Source: Mobula hypostoma | Lineage: Eukaryota | Assembly (NCBI RefSeq): GCF_963921235.1 | Contig: NC_086116.1 | Location: 51,336,001 to 51,400,000, forward strand | Length of the DNA stretch: 64,000 nucleotides | Reading direction: 5' to 3' | Part shown: in pieces, positions 1 through 12,152 of the stretch | How the letters are laid out: each line of letters opens with the position of its first letter | Numbering within the stretch: position 1 is the first letter of the stretch | Translations under genes and position numbers: made by a program | Notes under the pieces: model-generated | Seen by the model: the letters and a program-made list of their open reading frames with translations, nothing else | Told to the model about the DNA's origin: nothing | Database searches by the model: none

Positions 1-483
1 TTGTGAAATGTAGGTCTGTTAGAGCAGGAGAGGGCCACCAGGCCCCTCAAGCCTGCCCCATTATTCAATATGATCGTGTCTGATTCACACTTGCCCAGTC
101 CCTCGTTTGCGCCAGATCCCCATAACCCTCAATCCCCACACTTCAGTCGTAGAAATAAAGTGAGCCAATTAGATGACTTACAGCAGATGATGCTGGCTCT
201 GTTAGAAACATTGTAAGTCAATGAATCTAAAACTTTGCTGGGTCCACATATAGAAGATGAGGTGTAGTTCCTCAAGCACATGTGGGGCCTAATTATAATA
301 AGGCTCGAGACAGATGGACCCAAGTAAAATGCATTTAGAACACAGAAACAGGCCCTTTGGCTCACCATGTCCACATCAACCATGACAGCAATTTAAACTA
401 ATCCTATCTGCCTGCACATGGTCAATATCCCTGAAATCTCTGCCTCTTCATGTGCTTGTCTAAATACCATCATATCTACTTCC

Positions 484-1165
484 ATTAGATTATGGGGACA
501 CTCAGTCCTCGTTTATTGTCATTTAGAAATGCATGCATTAAAAAATGATACAATGTTCCTCCAGTATGATATCACAGAAACGCAAGACAGACCAAGACTA
601 AAACTGACAAAAACCACATCATTATAACATATAGTTACAACAGAGCAAAGCAATACCGTAATTTGATAAGAGTAGACCATGGGCACAGTAAAAAAAAAGT
701 CTCAAAGTCCCGACAGCCCCATCATCTCACACAGATGGTAGAAGGAAGAAAAACTCTCCCTGCCATGAACCTCCAGCGCCGCAAACTTGCCGATGCAGCA
801 TCCTGGAAGCACCCGACCACAGCCCGACTCTGAGTCCCTGAAAACTTCGAGCCTCCGACCAGCCCTCTGGCACCGAGCACCGAACACCATCTCTGCCCAG
901 CGTTTCGACCCTGCCCCCAGCCACCCAGCAACAAGCAAAGCTGAGGATTTGGGGCCTTCCCCTCCGGAGATTTCGGATCACACAGTAACAGCGGCAGCGA
1001 AACAGGGATTTCAGAAGTTTCACCAGATGATCTTCCGTGCGCTCACATCTGCCTTCATCAAATCAGAATTGTGCACGGCATCCTACTTGACAGATAACAG
1101 ATATTCATCACCCGAGAGGCCGCGCGCGCTGCATCACGCCACCATCTTCTCCTCCTCCTCCTTTC
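484..1165 (-). mobile_element. ~670-bp non-coding, non-autonomous retroelement (family A)
   Basis: Second copy at 11541-12152. 5' end GGAGGAGGAGAAGATGG; 3' end CAATAAA then TAATCTA tail. Interrupts an old CR1 fragment. Confidence 0.75.
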
Positions 1166-1500
1166 CTCCAGCAGAACATTCCAGACACGTACAGCTCTCT
1201 GTGTGTAAAAAAAACTTGTCTCATAGATCTCTTTTAAACATTTGCCCTCTCACCACAAAGCTAGTTTTTCTGCCCTGGGGAAAAACACTCCACTTACACT
1301 CTCTATACCTCTCATCATTTTATATACTGTCGGTCTTCGACATTCAAAAGAAAGTCCAACCTCTCTTTGTACTCATCCCTCTCCAACCCATGCAGCATCT
1401 TCTCCAAAGCCCCTACATTCCTCCTCTAAAGGGGCAACTAGAATGGCACATAATACTGCCTTTATGGCCTAATCAAAGTTTTATACAGTTGCCAAGGAAC

Positions 1501-2262
1501 TGATTGTAAACTTCAGGAAAGGGAAACCAGAAGGTCATGAGCCAGTACTCATCGGAGGATCAGAGATGGAGAGGGTTGGTAACTTTAAATTCCTGAGAGT
1601 CACTATCTCGGAGGACCTGTCCTGGACGCATCATATAAATGTAATTGCAATGAAAGCACACCAATGCCTCTACTTCCTCCGAGGAGTCCGTGGAGATTTG
1701 GCATGACATCAAAAATCTTGACAAACTTCCATAGATATGTAGTGGAAAGTGTGCTGACTGGCTGCATTACAGCCTGGTATGGAAACACCAATGTCTTTGA
1801 GCGGAAAATCCTACAAAAGATACTGGATTTGGCCCAGCACATCACAGGTAAAGCCCACCCAACCATGAGCACATCTACATGAAACGCTCTCTTAGGAAAG
1901 GAGCATCCATCATCAAAGATCCTCACCACCCAGGCCACGCTCTTCCCTTGCTGCGGCCTTCAGGTAGAAGGCATAGGAGCCTCAGGACTTGCACCACCAG
2001 GTTCGAGAAGTTACTACCCCTCAACCATCAGGCTCTTGAACAAAAGGGGATGATTACACTCATTTAAGGACATTGTCATTTCATGCTCATTATTTATTGT
2101 TTTTTTATTGAAAAAATCTGCATTTGCAGTTTGTTTATAGTTAACAGTTCCTGATGTTTATAGTTAGTATTCTATAGATTTGCTAAGTATGCCTGCAGAA
2201 AAAGAATCACAGGGTTGTATGTGGTGACATGTATGTACTCTGATAATAAATTTTACTTTGAA
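1501..2262 (+). mobile_element. Rex1/Babar-like LINE 3' fragment
   Basis: Frameshifted RT C-terminus LTNFHRYVVESVLTGCITAWYG and ASIIKDPHHPGH. Tail AATAAATTTTACTTTGAAC. Confidence 0.75.
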
Positions 2263-2629
2263 CATGATTTTCCCGACTTTGATGCTGGCTAATGAAAAAA
2301 GCCGTCCTATCTACTTGTTTTGCCATTTTCAGGGAGCAATGGACTTGCACCCTACGCTCTTCTCTGCACATCAAACCTCCTTTGGTTCTGCTCTATATTT
2401 GACCTGTCAAAATGCGTCACTTCACACTTGCCCGGTTTAAACTCCATCTGCACTGCCCACATTTACAAATAATCCATAACCTGTTGAATCCTTTGATAAC
2501 CACCCAACTTCCAATATTTTTATATTCTTAGTGAGGACGTCGAGAATTATCCCTCGGTTTGCGCTTGCTCGGTCACTATGTTCCACTACGCGGTGTTCGA
2601 TACTAAAGCTCCTGCCGTAATAAGTTGCT

Positions 2630-2760
2630 CACACATCACGCATGCTCATTATTGTATTTGTTGCCATTATGGGTGACGTCATTAAGGGGCATGTGGAGGA
2701 GAATTGCGCATGTGTGCAGTCAGAGAGTGCAGTCCAGTGGTGGCCGACACCTACAGACAT
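2630..2760 (+). promoter_or_regulatory. ATP6V1F proximal promoter with CRE and NRF1-like sites
   Basis: Perfect TGACGTCA at 2674-2681 and TGCGCATGTG at 2705-2714, just upstream of the ATG at the edge of a CpG-rich stretch (~2540-3070). Confidence 0.55.
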
Positions 2761-2916
2761 GGCGGTTCGGGGCAAGTTGATCGCGGTGTTGGGGGATGAG
2801 GACACCTGCACCGGTTTCCTGCTCGGTGGTATCGGCGAGCTCAACAAGAACCGGAGGCCCAACTTTCTGGTGGTGGAGAAGGAGACGAGCGTGGCGGAAA
2901 TCGAAGAGACTTTCAA
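2759..2916 (+). CDS. ATP6V1F: V-type proton ATPase subunit F, coding exon 1
   Basis: ATG at 2759 gives [52 protein letters not shown], closely matching vertebrate ATP6V1F. Donor AA|gtgaga, phase 2. CpG-rich context. Confidence 0.97.
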
Positions 2917-3689
2917 GTGAGAGTGGTTGCGCCTGGTGGTGCGGGTTTCAGCTCCCGGCCTCCCGGCCTGCGGTAGTCAGGGAGAGGGACTCGGCCCGGG
3001 GCTCGACTCCTCGCCTCCGAACGACAGGGAGTGTCGGGATCGGTTCCCGGCACCCGGGGGTGGTCTGGTTGGAGGCTGGGGAGGGAAGACTGCACCCCTG
3101 ATGGGAGGAGCTGTTTGCATTGTTTATGTTAAATCAGAATTGGAAGCATTCATCCCAGTTTTCTGCTTATCCCCACTCCACATATTATCTATGTTTTCTT
3201 TCGTTCTGATTGTCATTATCACATTTCAGTTTGTGGGAGTTTACTATGTGCATACAATCCAGTTTTTGAGTTCGCAAGTGCTGGGCATTTGCCTGTGGGC
3301 TGGAACTGAAGGGCTTTAGCCTGATCAGGAAGTTGTGGATTTTTGGGTGAGGAGAGGCAGTGATGACATGTGATTTCCCATATCCAAAATTGGCTCATAG
3401 GCAGAAACCGAGGATTGATGGGTGTTTTGTGATCTGTTAAGGTCCTTACTGTCTGGCACCCAGTGCACTGGTACATACATTAATGGTTCACACCTAGTGC
3501 TTGCTAGAATAGCTGGCAGTAAAAATGGGCATGTAATTAAGAGTGAAGAAGAATATCTTCAGACCATCTATACTGCAGCTTGGTTGAGTAGAAGGTTGGC
3601 AAGAGGAATTTTATCCAGAGAAATGAGGATTTTTTTTTGGGTGGGGGATAATTTGCCATAATTGAATAGTGTGCAGAAAAAAAACAACT

Positions 3690-4110
3690 TATTTGCTGAG
3701 ACATAGAACATTAGTGTAAGAGTATTATATAAACACTTTAGCCAGCAGCTTGGGTACTATATACAGTTCTGGCCAAAACATATTGAGTGGTTTCAGAGAT
3801 TTACAGAGCTTTGGAAGTGATGAAAGATTTAATTGAGGGCTCTATGTATAGAGTAAGTAGGACTGATTTCCTTTAGTGGAGAAGTTAAAAAATAGTGGAG
3901 GGTATTGATTCAAAATGCTAGAAGGGTTAGAGATGATGAAGAATTTTTTTTAAAGTTGGAGGTTGGAAGGGGTCTGAAACTCACCATCCAGAAGCAGGGT
4001 GGAAACAAAGCCTTATGATATTTAAAAAAGTACTTGTCTATGTGTTGAAGAGCCATGGGTGTAGTGCTGAAAGGAGAGATGATGTTGGGTGGAACTTTTG
4101 GGCTGATCCT
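3690..4110 (+). mobile_element. Old, degenerate CR1 3' fragment in the ATP6V1F intron
   Basis: Decayed similarity to the younger CR1 3' ends in this window. Confidence 0.5.
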
Positions 4111-4767
4111 GATTTCCCTCCTGGGGATTTTAGATAAGTGTCCTGGAATGACAAGGGTGTGAGTTACTGTTGACAAACTAGGGAGACTTCTGTAACCCTC
4201 TGCTGTGTTCTCTCTGCTTCCCCCTTTTCCCCAACTTGGATTTTGTACAACTGGTCACAGTCTCGGCACAGCCTGTGCTAAAGGCTTGAGATAGATTGTG
4301 AAATCTTTTAGCAGGAGCTGAGGAAATCTGAAAGTGAGACTGCTGATTTATTTGGGGAAGTGGATTCCTCCTGACTTTGGGGAAGTGTGATTCAGTGCTT
4401 CCCTGTACTTCACTAAATTAGCAGCCCGGTCCTCGGCTTGGGTTAGCTCATCTACTCCTTTACTGTGCATGTCTTTTCAATCTTCCCCAGCCTTGTCTCC
4501 ACTTAATTTGCTTCCTCTTCTCTACCAGCTCGCTTCCTGTTCCCAGAAATAATCCCATATTAGTGGTCCTGAATTTTGCAATAATGGCCTTGCTTAAGGG
4601 GGGAGTGTCTCCAGCAGCAGGAACTGTCTGTTCTGTCAAATTTATTTGAGCAATGGAGCTAGCTTCTGGGTGTTTGGGGTTGCATCTCGATCCTGTGAAT
4701 TGATCATGACCCTACATTTTTGCCAGCAGCTCAGAATTAACCTTACAGTTTCCCGTTTACTCTGCAG

Positions 4768-4969
4768 AAGTTTCTTGAGCCGTGATGACATTGGGATCAT
4801 TCTGATCAATCAGTACATTGCGGAAATGATTCGGCACGTCATTGATGCACATACGTTGTCCATTCCTGCTGTGCTGGAGATCCCATCAAAGGAGCACCCG
4901 TACGATGCCTCCAAAGACTCCATCCTCCGGCGTGCCAAGGGAATGTTCAGTACGGATGACTTCCGGTAG
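4768..4969 (+). CDS. ATP6V1F: V-type proton ATPase subunit F, coding exon 2
   Basis: Acceptor tactctgcag|A. Encodes (K)[66 protein letters not shown]. 158+202 nt = 119 aa plus stop. Confidence 0.97.
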
Positions 4970-5668
4970 ATGGACTCTGCAATGCCAGCTGTGCATCGCC
5001 GCTGTCTCCTGGCGCTGTGTTGTCGTATTATGTGTTGTACAGGGCGTTGATTTGTCTGGTCCAACGTGCAGAGTGCTGATTCCTCTGCTGTCAAATCCTA
5101 GCCAGACTTTGCAGCAAGCAATCCCCACTCCCACTGTGGATTGGTGATCCCAACCCACCGTTTAGTGACCTTTTACCCACTACAAACCTGAGTAATGGAA
5201 TCATAACTGAAGCACTTTTGAATGTGATTTAATTTCCATTCAATTCTGTGCCAGCCCTGGAAGTATTTGATGGGACTGTTTAAAGTGGAGCTCTAGTCTA
5301 TAACAAGTACTGTGCCTGCCCTTAGAAGAAATTAATCTTGTGCTAACTGTTGAAATTTGAGATTGCTCTGAGTTGTGCTGAACAGAGTGAGTGGAGAAGA
5401 AGGAAAACATTTTCAACAGTGAAGCTGATAGTAATTGGCTGCTGTGAGGGATTTGTGCGGAAAGGACTGAGACTCGAGCTGAAAGGGTGGGTACAAGCTC
5501 CAAGTTCTCACTTGGATTATGCGTCACTAAACAGGATGGTTGGTCTGAATTAGTACGGTGAGGCACTGATTTGTGCTAGTTGACAGAAGCTGAATGTGGT
5601 TCTGATCTGGTCCTATCAAGTCTTCAGATTGTATATTTATGATGTTACTTGTCCCTGATCATTATGTC

Positions 5669-5678
5669 AATAAATAAA
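5669..5678 (+). terminator. Probable ATP6V1F poly(A) signal
   Basis: Overlapping AATAAATAAA ~700 nt after the stop, followed by T-rich sequence. Confidence 0.6.
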
Positions 5679-6073
5679 CCAACATCACAGGTTCACTTAA
5701 ATCTTTGGTTTCTGATTTTATACAGGACACAACATCCTTTTTAAACTTTTCAGCTTACTCTTTCTCCTGCCTTTGCATTTACTGTACCTAGCTAGATTAT
5801 GCTTACAGTGCTCTCCTAAACAACATTGACATGCTCGTCTTCACCTTGTAAATAGCAGCTTATCCAAAGCTGATTTCTGCAGGAAACAGTGCCAGAATAT
5901 CATTCATGTATGTGGTAAAAAATGACAAGTTACATTACTGCCACAAGTTCCAGGTGAATTCTGTTTCCAGCAAGAGAGAATCTATATATTACCCTTTTGA
6001 CAATGGAACTGCCAATGGACATTAAGTTTCTCTATCAACAGTAGAGTATTGTAGGGCAGTCACTATTAATTAT

Positions 6074-6842
6074 AGGAAAACAGATTATTATCTGAATGGT
6101 GGCCGATTAGGAAAAGGGGAGGTGCAACGAGACCTGGGTGTCATTATACACCAGTCATTGAAAGTGGGCATGCAGGTACAGCAGGCGGTGAAAAAGGCGA
6201 ATGGTATGCTGGCATTTATAGCGAGAGGATTCGAGTACAGGAGCAGGGAGGTACTACTGCAGTTGTACAAGGCCTTGGTGAGACCACACCTGGAGTATTG
6301 TGTGCAGTTTTGGTCCCCTAATCTGAGGAAAGACATCTTTGCCATAGAGGGAGTACAAAGAAGGTTCACCAGATTGATTCCTGGGATGGCAGGTCTTTCA
6401 TATGAAGAAAGACTGGATGAACTGGGCTTGTACTCGTTGGAATTTAGAAGATTGAGGGGGGATCTGATTGAAACGTATAAGATCCTAAAGGGATTGGACA
6501 GGCTAGATGCGGGAAGATTGTTCCCGATGTTGGGGAGGTCCAGAACAAGGGGTCACAGTTTGAGGATAGAGGGGAAGCCTTTTAGGACCGAGATTAGGAA
6601 AAACTTCTTCACACAGAGAGTGGTGAATCTGTGGAATTCTCTGCCACAGCAAACTGTTGAGGCCAGTTCATTGGCTATGTTTAAGAGGGAGTTAGATATG
6701 GCCCTTGTGGCTACAGGGGTCAGGGAGTATGGAGGGAAGGCTGGGTTCTGAGTTGGATGATCAGCCATGATCATAATAAATGGCGGTGCAGGCTCGAAGG
6801 GCCGAATGGCCTACTCCTGCACCTATTTTCTATGTTTCTATA
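6074..6842 (+). mobile_element. CR1 LINE, 5'-truncated young copy
   Basis: Uninterrupted ORF 6122-6751 with LYKALVRPHLEYCVQFWSP and RRLRGDLIETYKI. (TTTCTATG)n tail. Confidence 0.92.
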
Positions 6843-7859
6843 ATCTTAACCAGCCTAGTCACACAAATGTCACTATGATTAGAGCAGGGCAAAGACTAGG
6901 TGACGTATAGGAAGTGCTTCATCTTGTGGTTTACACCATCTTTGATCAAATACTTTACACAAGCTCAGTACAAAACTCAGAACACCCATGAAGTTTGACA
7001 TCAGCCAAGACAAAATGGGAGACTTAATTGATATGCAATCTAACATCCTTAAATGTTCACCCTCCCCTTCTCCCTCACTGTAGCTGTGAACTCGCCATGC
7101 CTGTAGTCTTTCCCTTTTAGATGAAGGAGCTGTAGGTACAGAGAGATCACTTGTGCTTCTCTCTAAGTCACACACTAACTTAGCCTGGAAATAGTTTACA
7201 GATTTTTCATCTAAATTAGATATTTTTAAAAATTGGTTTATTTAGTTGATATCTTTACTAAACTGTGGTTCAGATAGACAGCTTAACAAATTTTCTTAAG
7301 AGAGAGTGACAAGAAATCACAAATCTTGATTTAAAATAAAATAAAATCTGTGTATCCATTTGTTTATCAGCCCATGGTCCGGCAATGCTGGATTTCAAAT
7401 CTTTCCACAGTCTCATGCATCTGAGATCTCTAATGGTACAAATCTGTCATCATGCACAGCCCAAGTTTTAACTGCAAGGCAGGTGGTGGCTTTGTCTTTC
7501 ATAGTCAAAGACCTCATCTGTGGAATTCCCTCTGTAAACCTGTTGCATAGATTTTTAAAACCTGTTTTTCTGCCTGCTTTCTCTAGCACCCCTTTATTTT
7601 CCTCAATATTGTGTTTGTCTATTATGTTCTTGTTGTGGTCTGTACATCTGGTTTCAATTTCAGGTTGGGGATGCTTTACATTCCTCATTCTGTCATTCAT
7701 CTTTGTGGTGGACTAATTGTAACTTCTATGCCACCTATCAGTAAGAACTGCCTTTATAAAATCTCTAGGAGCCCAGACTCATTAAAGAGGGGCTGCTATT
7801 GAAAATCTAATGTTTTACTATATTGGAGGGTGTCACCAGGTGACAGACTATTGAATGTT

Positions 7860-8275
7860 GTTGTCTTAAATCATTTTCGTGCCTTGAGACGCATTGGGTG
7901 GCAACATTTGCCATTTCTTTAGCATTTTTGTCTTTTGTTTTTATGAAGCCAAGTTGCTAGCTTGATGCTGAACCCAGCACGGATAGAAACCGTGCAAGGA
8001 GCCGGCAGAATTCGAAGCCGGGACCACTCACCTTGAAGTTCCCTATACCAGGGGTCCCCAACCTTTTGCGCACCGCAGACTGATTTAATATTGACGATGT
8101 TCTTGCGGACCGGCCGATTGTGGGGGTGGGGGGGTGGTTTGTTCAAGTTCAACAGTGCGTGACAGGGAATGAAGGAAAGGTGCAACTGACTCGTATTGTT
8201 TCATATTGCCAAATCATATTGTTTCCTCGCGGCCCGGTGGTTGGGAACCACTGCCCTATACCACCGGCTGGCTAT
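7860..8275 (-). mobile_element. tRNA-derived SINE-like element, split by a hAT MITE
   Basis: B-box-like GGCTTCGAATTC on the minus strand. Related copy at ~54060-54231. Confidence 0.55.
8049..8253. mobile_element. hAT (Charlie-like) MITE
   Basis: Termini CAGGGGTCCCCAACC / GGTTGGGAACCACTG. Perfect 8-bp target duplication CCCTATAC at 8041-8048 and 8254-8261. Confidence 0.88.
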
Positions 8276-10024
8276 TGAAGGTTGTGGATTTTGATTAAGT
8301 CCTGTGTGATTAAAAAATTAGTGAGAAAATAGATTTTCAAACCTTGAAACTGTTATAGATCTAGAGAAAACAACATCATATCCTGTCTTATCCACGATAT
8401 GAGAGTTGAAGTACATTAATGGGATATTTGAAGCCCTTATTTGAACGTGCCTCCTGTAACACTGAAGTAATATTCACAGTGTTAATTTGTTGAAAAAATT
8501 TCCGGATCCAGTACTAATCTGTCATCCAATTACACAAACTTAAGATGGACTATGGGAATGGGAGATAATTTTGATCATAATCCAGCAAGTTTTTATTGAA
8601 GGCTTGCACACTCCCCCATGCTGCATATGTTTTAGTGTTCCTTTATAAATGTAGAGAACACAAGGGTCTGCTAAACAAACGGAACAGGAAATTTGAAACT
8701 TGAGGGAAAGTTCACCAAAAGCTGCCTGTAACACTTGCGGCTGTTGTAATACAAGTATTTATTTTTCCTAATAACTTCTGAATAGGAAAGCGACTCACCA
8801 CATGTAGCTTCTGGCCATTGCCCAGTATTGCACGTTCTGTGCATGTGTGTTTGCATTGCAAGAATGGAACAGTCATTGGCTCAGGTTCCCCCTTTCTTTT
8901 TTCCAAAAAAGTTCATCAAAAGTAAACTAAAACCCAGTCCGCGGTGCTGACAGAATTTGACTGGGATGAATCGGAATTGAAATTCCATACTGCTAGAGAT
9001 GTCTGCAGAGGAATCATGTTTGCTTTGTAAGCAGCATTCTTAAGAATTCTGAGTGCTGGCCAACTCCCGTCACCAACGTGCAAACAGCACCAATCCCATC
9101 TCTGCACATGCTGGTTGCCAAGCTATAATTTATTAAACTAATGTGTTCGGGTTCACTAGCTTCTATTATGCCCATGCATTTTGTCCACATCTGTTCTAGA
9201 TTAATGAGTCTTAAAACTACTTATTCTTAAAACTACAGGCACTGTCAGCATTCTGTAATTGTTTGTAAATTTGCATCCTTGGTAAAAATTACCACTATCT
9301 TTTTTATTGTCATATCATCACATAGAAAGGCCAAATGAATTTTGAAATGTTTGAGAGAGAAATATAACCACATAACCGTATAACAATTACTGCACGGAAA
9401 CAGGCCATCTCAGCCCTTCTAGTCCGCGCTGAACACATACTCTCACCTAGTCCTGCCGATCTGCACTCAGCCCATAACCCTCCATTCCTTTCCTGTCCAT
9501 ATAGCTATCCAATTTTACTTTAAATGACAATATTGAACCTGCCTCTACCACTTCTGCTGGAAGCTCGTTCCACACAGCTACCACTCTCTGAGTAAAGAAG
9601 TTCCCCTTCATGTTACCCCAAAACTTTTGCCCCCTGACTCTCAACTCATGTCCTCTTGTTTGAATCTCCCCTACTCTCAATGGAAAAAGCCTATCCATGT
9701 CAACTCTATTTATCCCCCTCATAATTTTAAATACTTCTATCAAGTCCCCCCTCAACCTTCTATGCTCCAAAGATTAAAGACCCAACTTGTTCAACCTTTC
9801 TCTGTAACTTAGGAGCTGAAACCCAGGTAACATTCTAGTAAATCTTCTCTGTACTCTCTCTATTTTGTTGACAACTTTCCTATAATTCAGTGACCAGAAC
9901 TGTGCACAATACTTCAAATTTGGCCTTACCAGTGCCTTGTACAATTTTAACATTATATCCCAACTCCTATACTCAATGCTCTGATTTATAAAGGCCAGCA
10001 TACCAAAAGCTTTCTTCACCACCC

Positions 10025-10213
10025 ACATCACGCTGGAAGGACTCAGCAGGTCGGGCAGCATCCGTGGAAAAGATCGGTTGACGTTTCGGGCCAGACCCCT
10101 TCGTCAGGACCGAAACATCGACCGATCTTTTCCACGGATGCTGCCTGACCTGCTGAGTTCCTCCAGCGAGTTGTGAGTGTCGCTTTGACCCCAGCATCTG
10201 CAGATTATTTTGT
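10025..10213. mobile_element. Fold-back Penelope-type non-autonomous insert with hammerhead motif
   Basis: ~60-bp inverted arms. 16-bp target duplication GCTTTCTTCACCACCC at 10009-10024 and 10214-10229, inside the CR1 RT. Confidence 0.8.
10074..10113 (-). ncRNA. Minimal type I hammerhead ribozyme motif
   Basis: Minus strand reads UCGGUC-CUGACGA-A-GGG(GUCUGG)CCC-GAAA-C-GUC-AACCGA. Core intact; first stem I pair is a C-A mismatch. Confidence 0.72.
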
Positions 10214-11540
10214 GCTTTCTTCACCACCCTGTCCACATGAGATTCCACCTTCAGGGAACTATGCACCATTATTCCTAGATCCCTCTGTTCTACAGCATTC
10301 TTCAAAGCCCTACCATTTACCATGTCTGTCCTATTTTGATTAGTCCTACCAAAATGTAGCACCTCACATTTTTCAGCATTAAACTCCATCTGCCATCTTT
10401 CCGCCCACTCTTCTAACTGGCCTAAATCTCTCTGCAAGCTTTGAAAACTTACTTCGTTATCCACAAGGCCATCTATCTTGGTATCATCTGCATACTTACT
10501 GATCCACCACCCCATCATCCAGATCATTAATGTATATGACAAACAACCTTGGACCCAGTACAGATCCGAGGCACACCACTAGTCACCGGCCTCCAATCTG
10601 ACAAATAGTTATCCACCACTACTGTCTGGCATCTCCCATCCAGCTGCTGCTGAATCCATTTTACTACTTCAATATTGATACCTAATGATTGAACCTTCCT
10701 AACGAACCTTCCGTGTGGAACCTTGTCAAAGGCCTTACTGAAGTCTATATAGACAACATCCACCGCTTTACCCTCGTCAACTTTCCTAGTAACCTCTTCA
10801 AAAAATTCAATAAGATTTGTCATACATGACCTTCCACGCACAAATCCATGTTGACTGTTCCTAATCAGACCCTGTCTATCCAGATAATTGTATATACCAT
10901 CTCTAAGAATATTTTCCATCAATTTATCCACCACTGATGTCAAACTCACAGGCCGATAATTGCTAGGTTTACTCTGAGAACCCTTTTAAAACAATGGAAC
11001 AACATGAGCAATACGCCAATCATTTGGCACCATCCCCGTTTCTAATGACATTTGAAATATTTCTGTCAGAGCCCCTGCTATTTCTACACTAACTTCCCTC
11101 AAGGTCCTAGGGAATATCCTGTCAGGACCCAGAGACTTATCTACTTTTATATTCCTTAAAAGCGCCAGTACTTCCTCTTCTTTAATCATCATAGTTTCCA
11201 TAACTTCCCTATCTGTTTCCCTCACCTTACACAATTCAATATCCTTTTCCTTAGTGAATACCGAAGAAAAGAAATTGTTCAAAATCTCCTGCATCTCTTT
11301 TGGTTCCACACATAGCTGTCCACTCTGATTCTCTAAAGGACTAATTTTATCCCTCACTATCCTTTTGCTATTAATATAATTGTAGAAACGCTTTGGATTT
11401 ATTTTCACCTTACTTGCCAAAGCAATCTCATATCTTCTTTTAGCCTTTCTAATTTGTTTCTTAAGATTCTTTTTACATTCTTTATATTCCTCGAGCACCT
11501 CATTTACTCCATGCTGCCTACATTTATTGTAGATATCTCT

Positions 11541-12152
11541 ACAATAAGGCAGGAGGAGCAGATGGCAGCGCGACGCAGCGCACGCAGCTCTCTGGTGAAA
11601 TGATATAGTTTCTGTTAAAAAGGGGCTGTGGACAATTCTGATTTGATGGAGACAGATGTGAAAGCACAGAGGAACATCTGGAGAAATTTCTGAAACGCCG
11701 GTTTGCTACTGCTGTTACTGCAGGATTGAGAATCTTCCGGAGGGAAGGCCTCAAAATCCCCGGCTTTGCCTGCTGCTGGCGACCGAAGCTGAGGCCGAAT
11801 CGTTCGGATAGAGATGGTGCTCGGTACTTGGTGTTGGAGGGCTGATCGGAGGCTCGAAGTTTTCGGACGACTCAGAGTCGGACTGTGGTCGGGCATGGCA
11901 GGGAGAGTTTTCTTCCTTCTCCCGTCTGCGTGAGATGTGGGACATTTGAGAGACTTTGAACTTTTTTACTGTGCCATGGCCTGTTCTTCATCAAGTTATG
12001 GTATTGTTGCACTGTTGTAACTATATGTTATAATTATGTGGTTTTTGTTAGTTTTTCTGTCTTCGTCTGTCCTGTGTTTTTGTGATATCACAGCGGAGGA
12101 ATATTGTATCATTTCTTAATGCATGCATGTCCTCATAATCTAATCTAATCTA
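11541..12152 (+). mobile_element. Family A non-autonomous retroelement nested in CR1
   Basis: Homologous to 484-1165, with a (TAATC)n tail. Splits CR1 ORF2 between ...GNLVGK and RDIYNK... Confidence 0.78.

Noticed and set aside
787-1503. 238-aa ORF
   Set aside because: It is an antisense read of family A plus old CR1 sequence, and the frame is not kept in the second family A copy.
2642-2758. In-frame N-terminal extension of ATP6V1F ([10 protein letters not shown]...)
   Set aside because: It overlaps the promoter motifs and is probably upstream of the transcription start. Homology begins at ATG 2759.
2500-2760. TFEB CLEAR site expected for a V-ATPase gene
   Set aside because: No TCACGTG is present in the proximal promoter; only CRE and NRF1-like motifs are seen.
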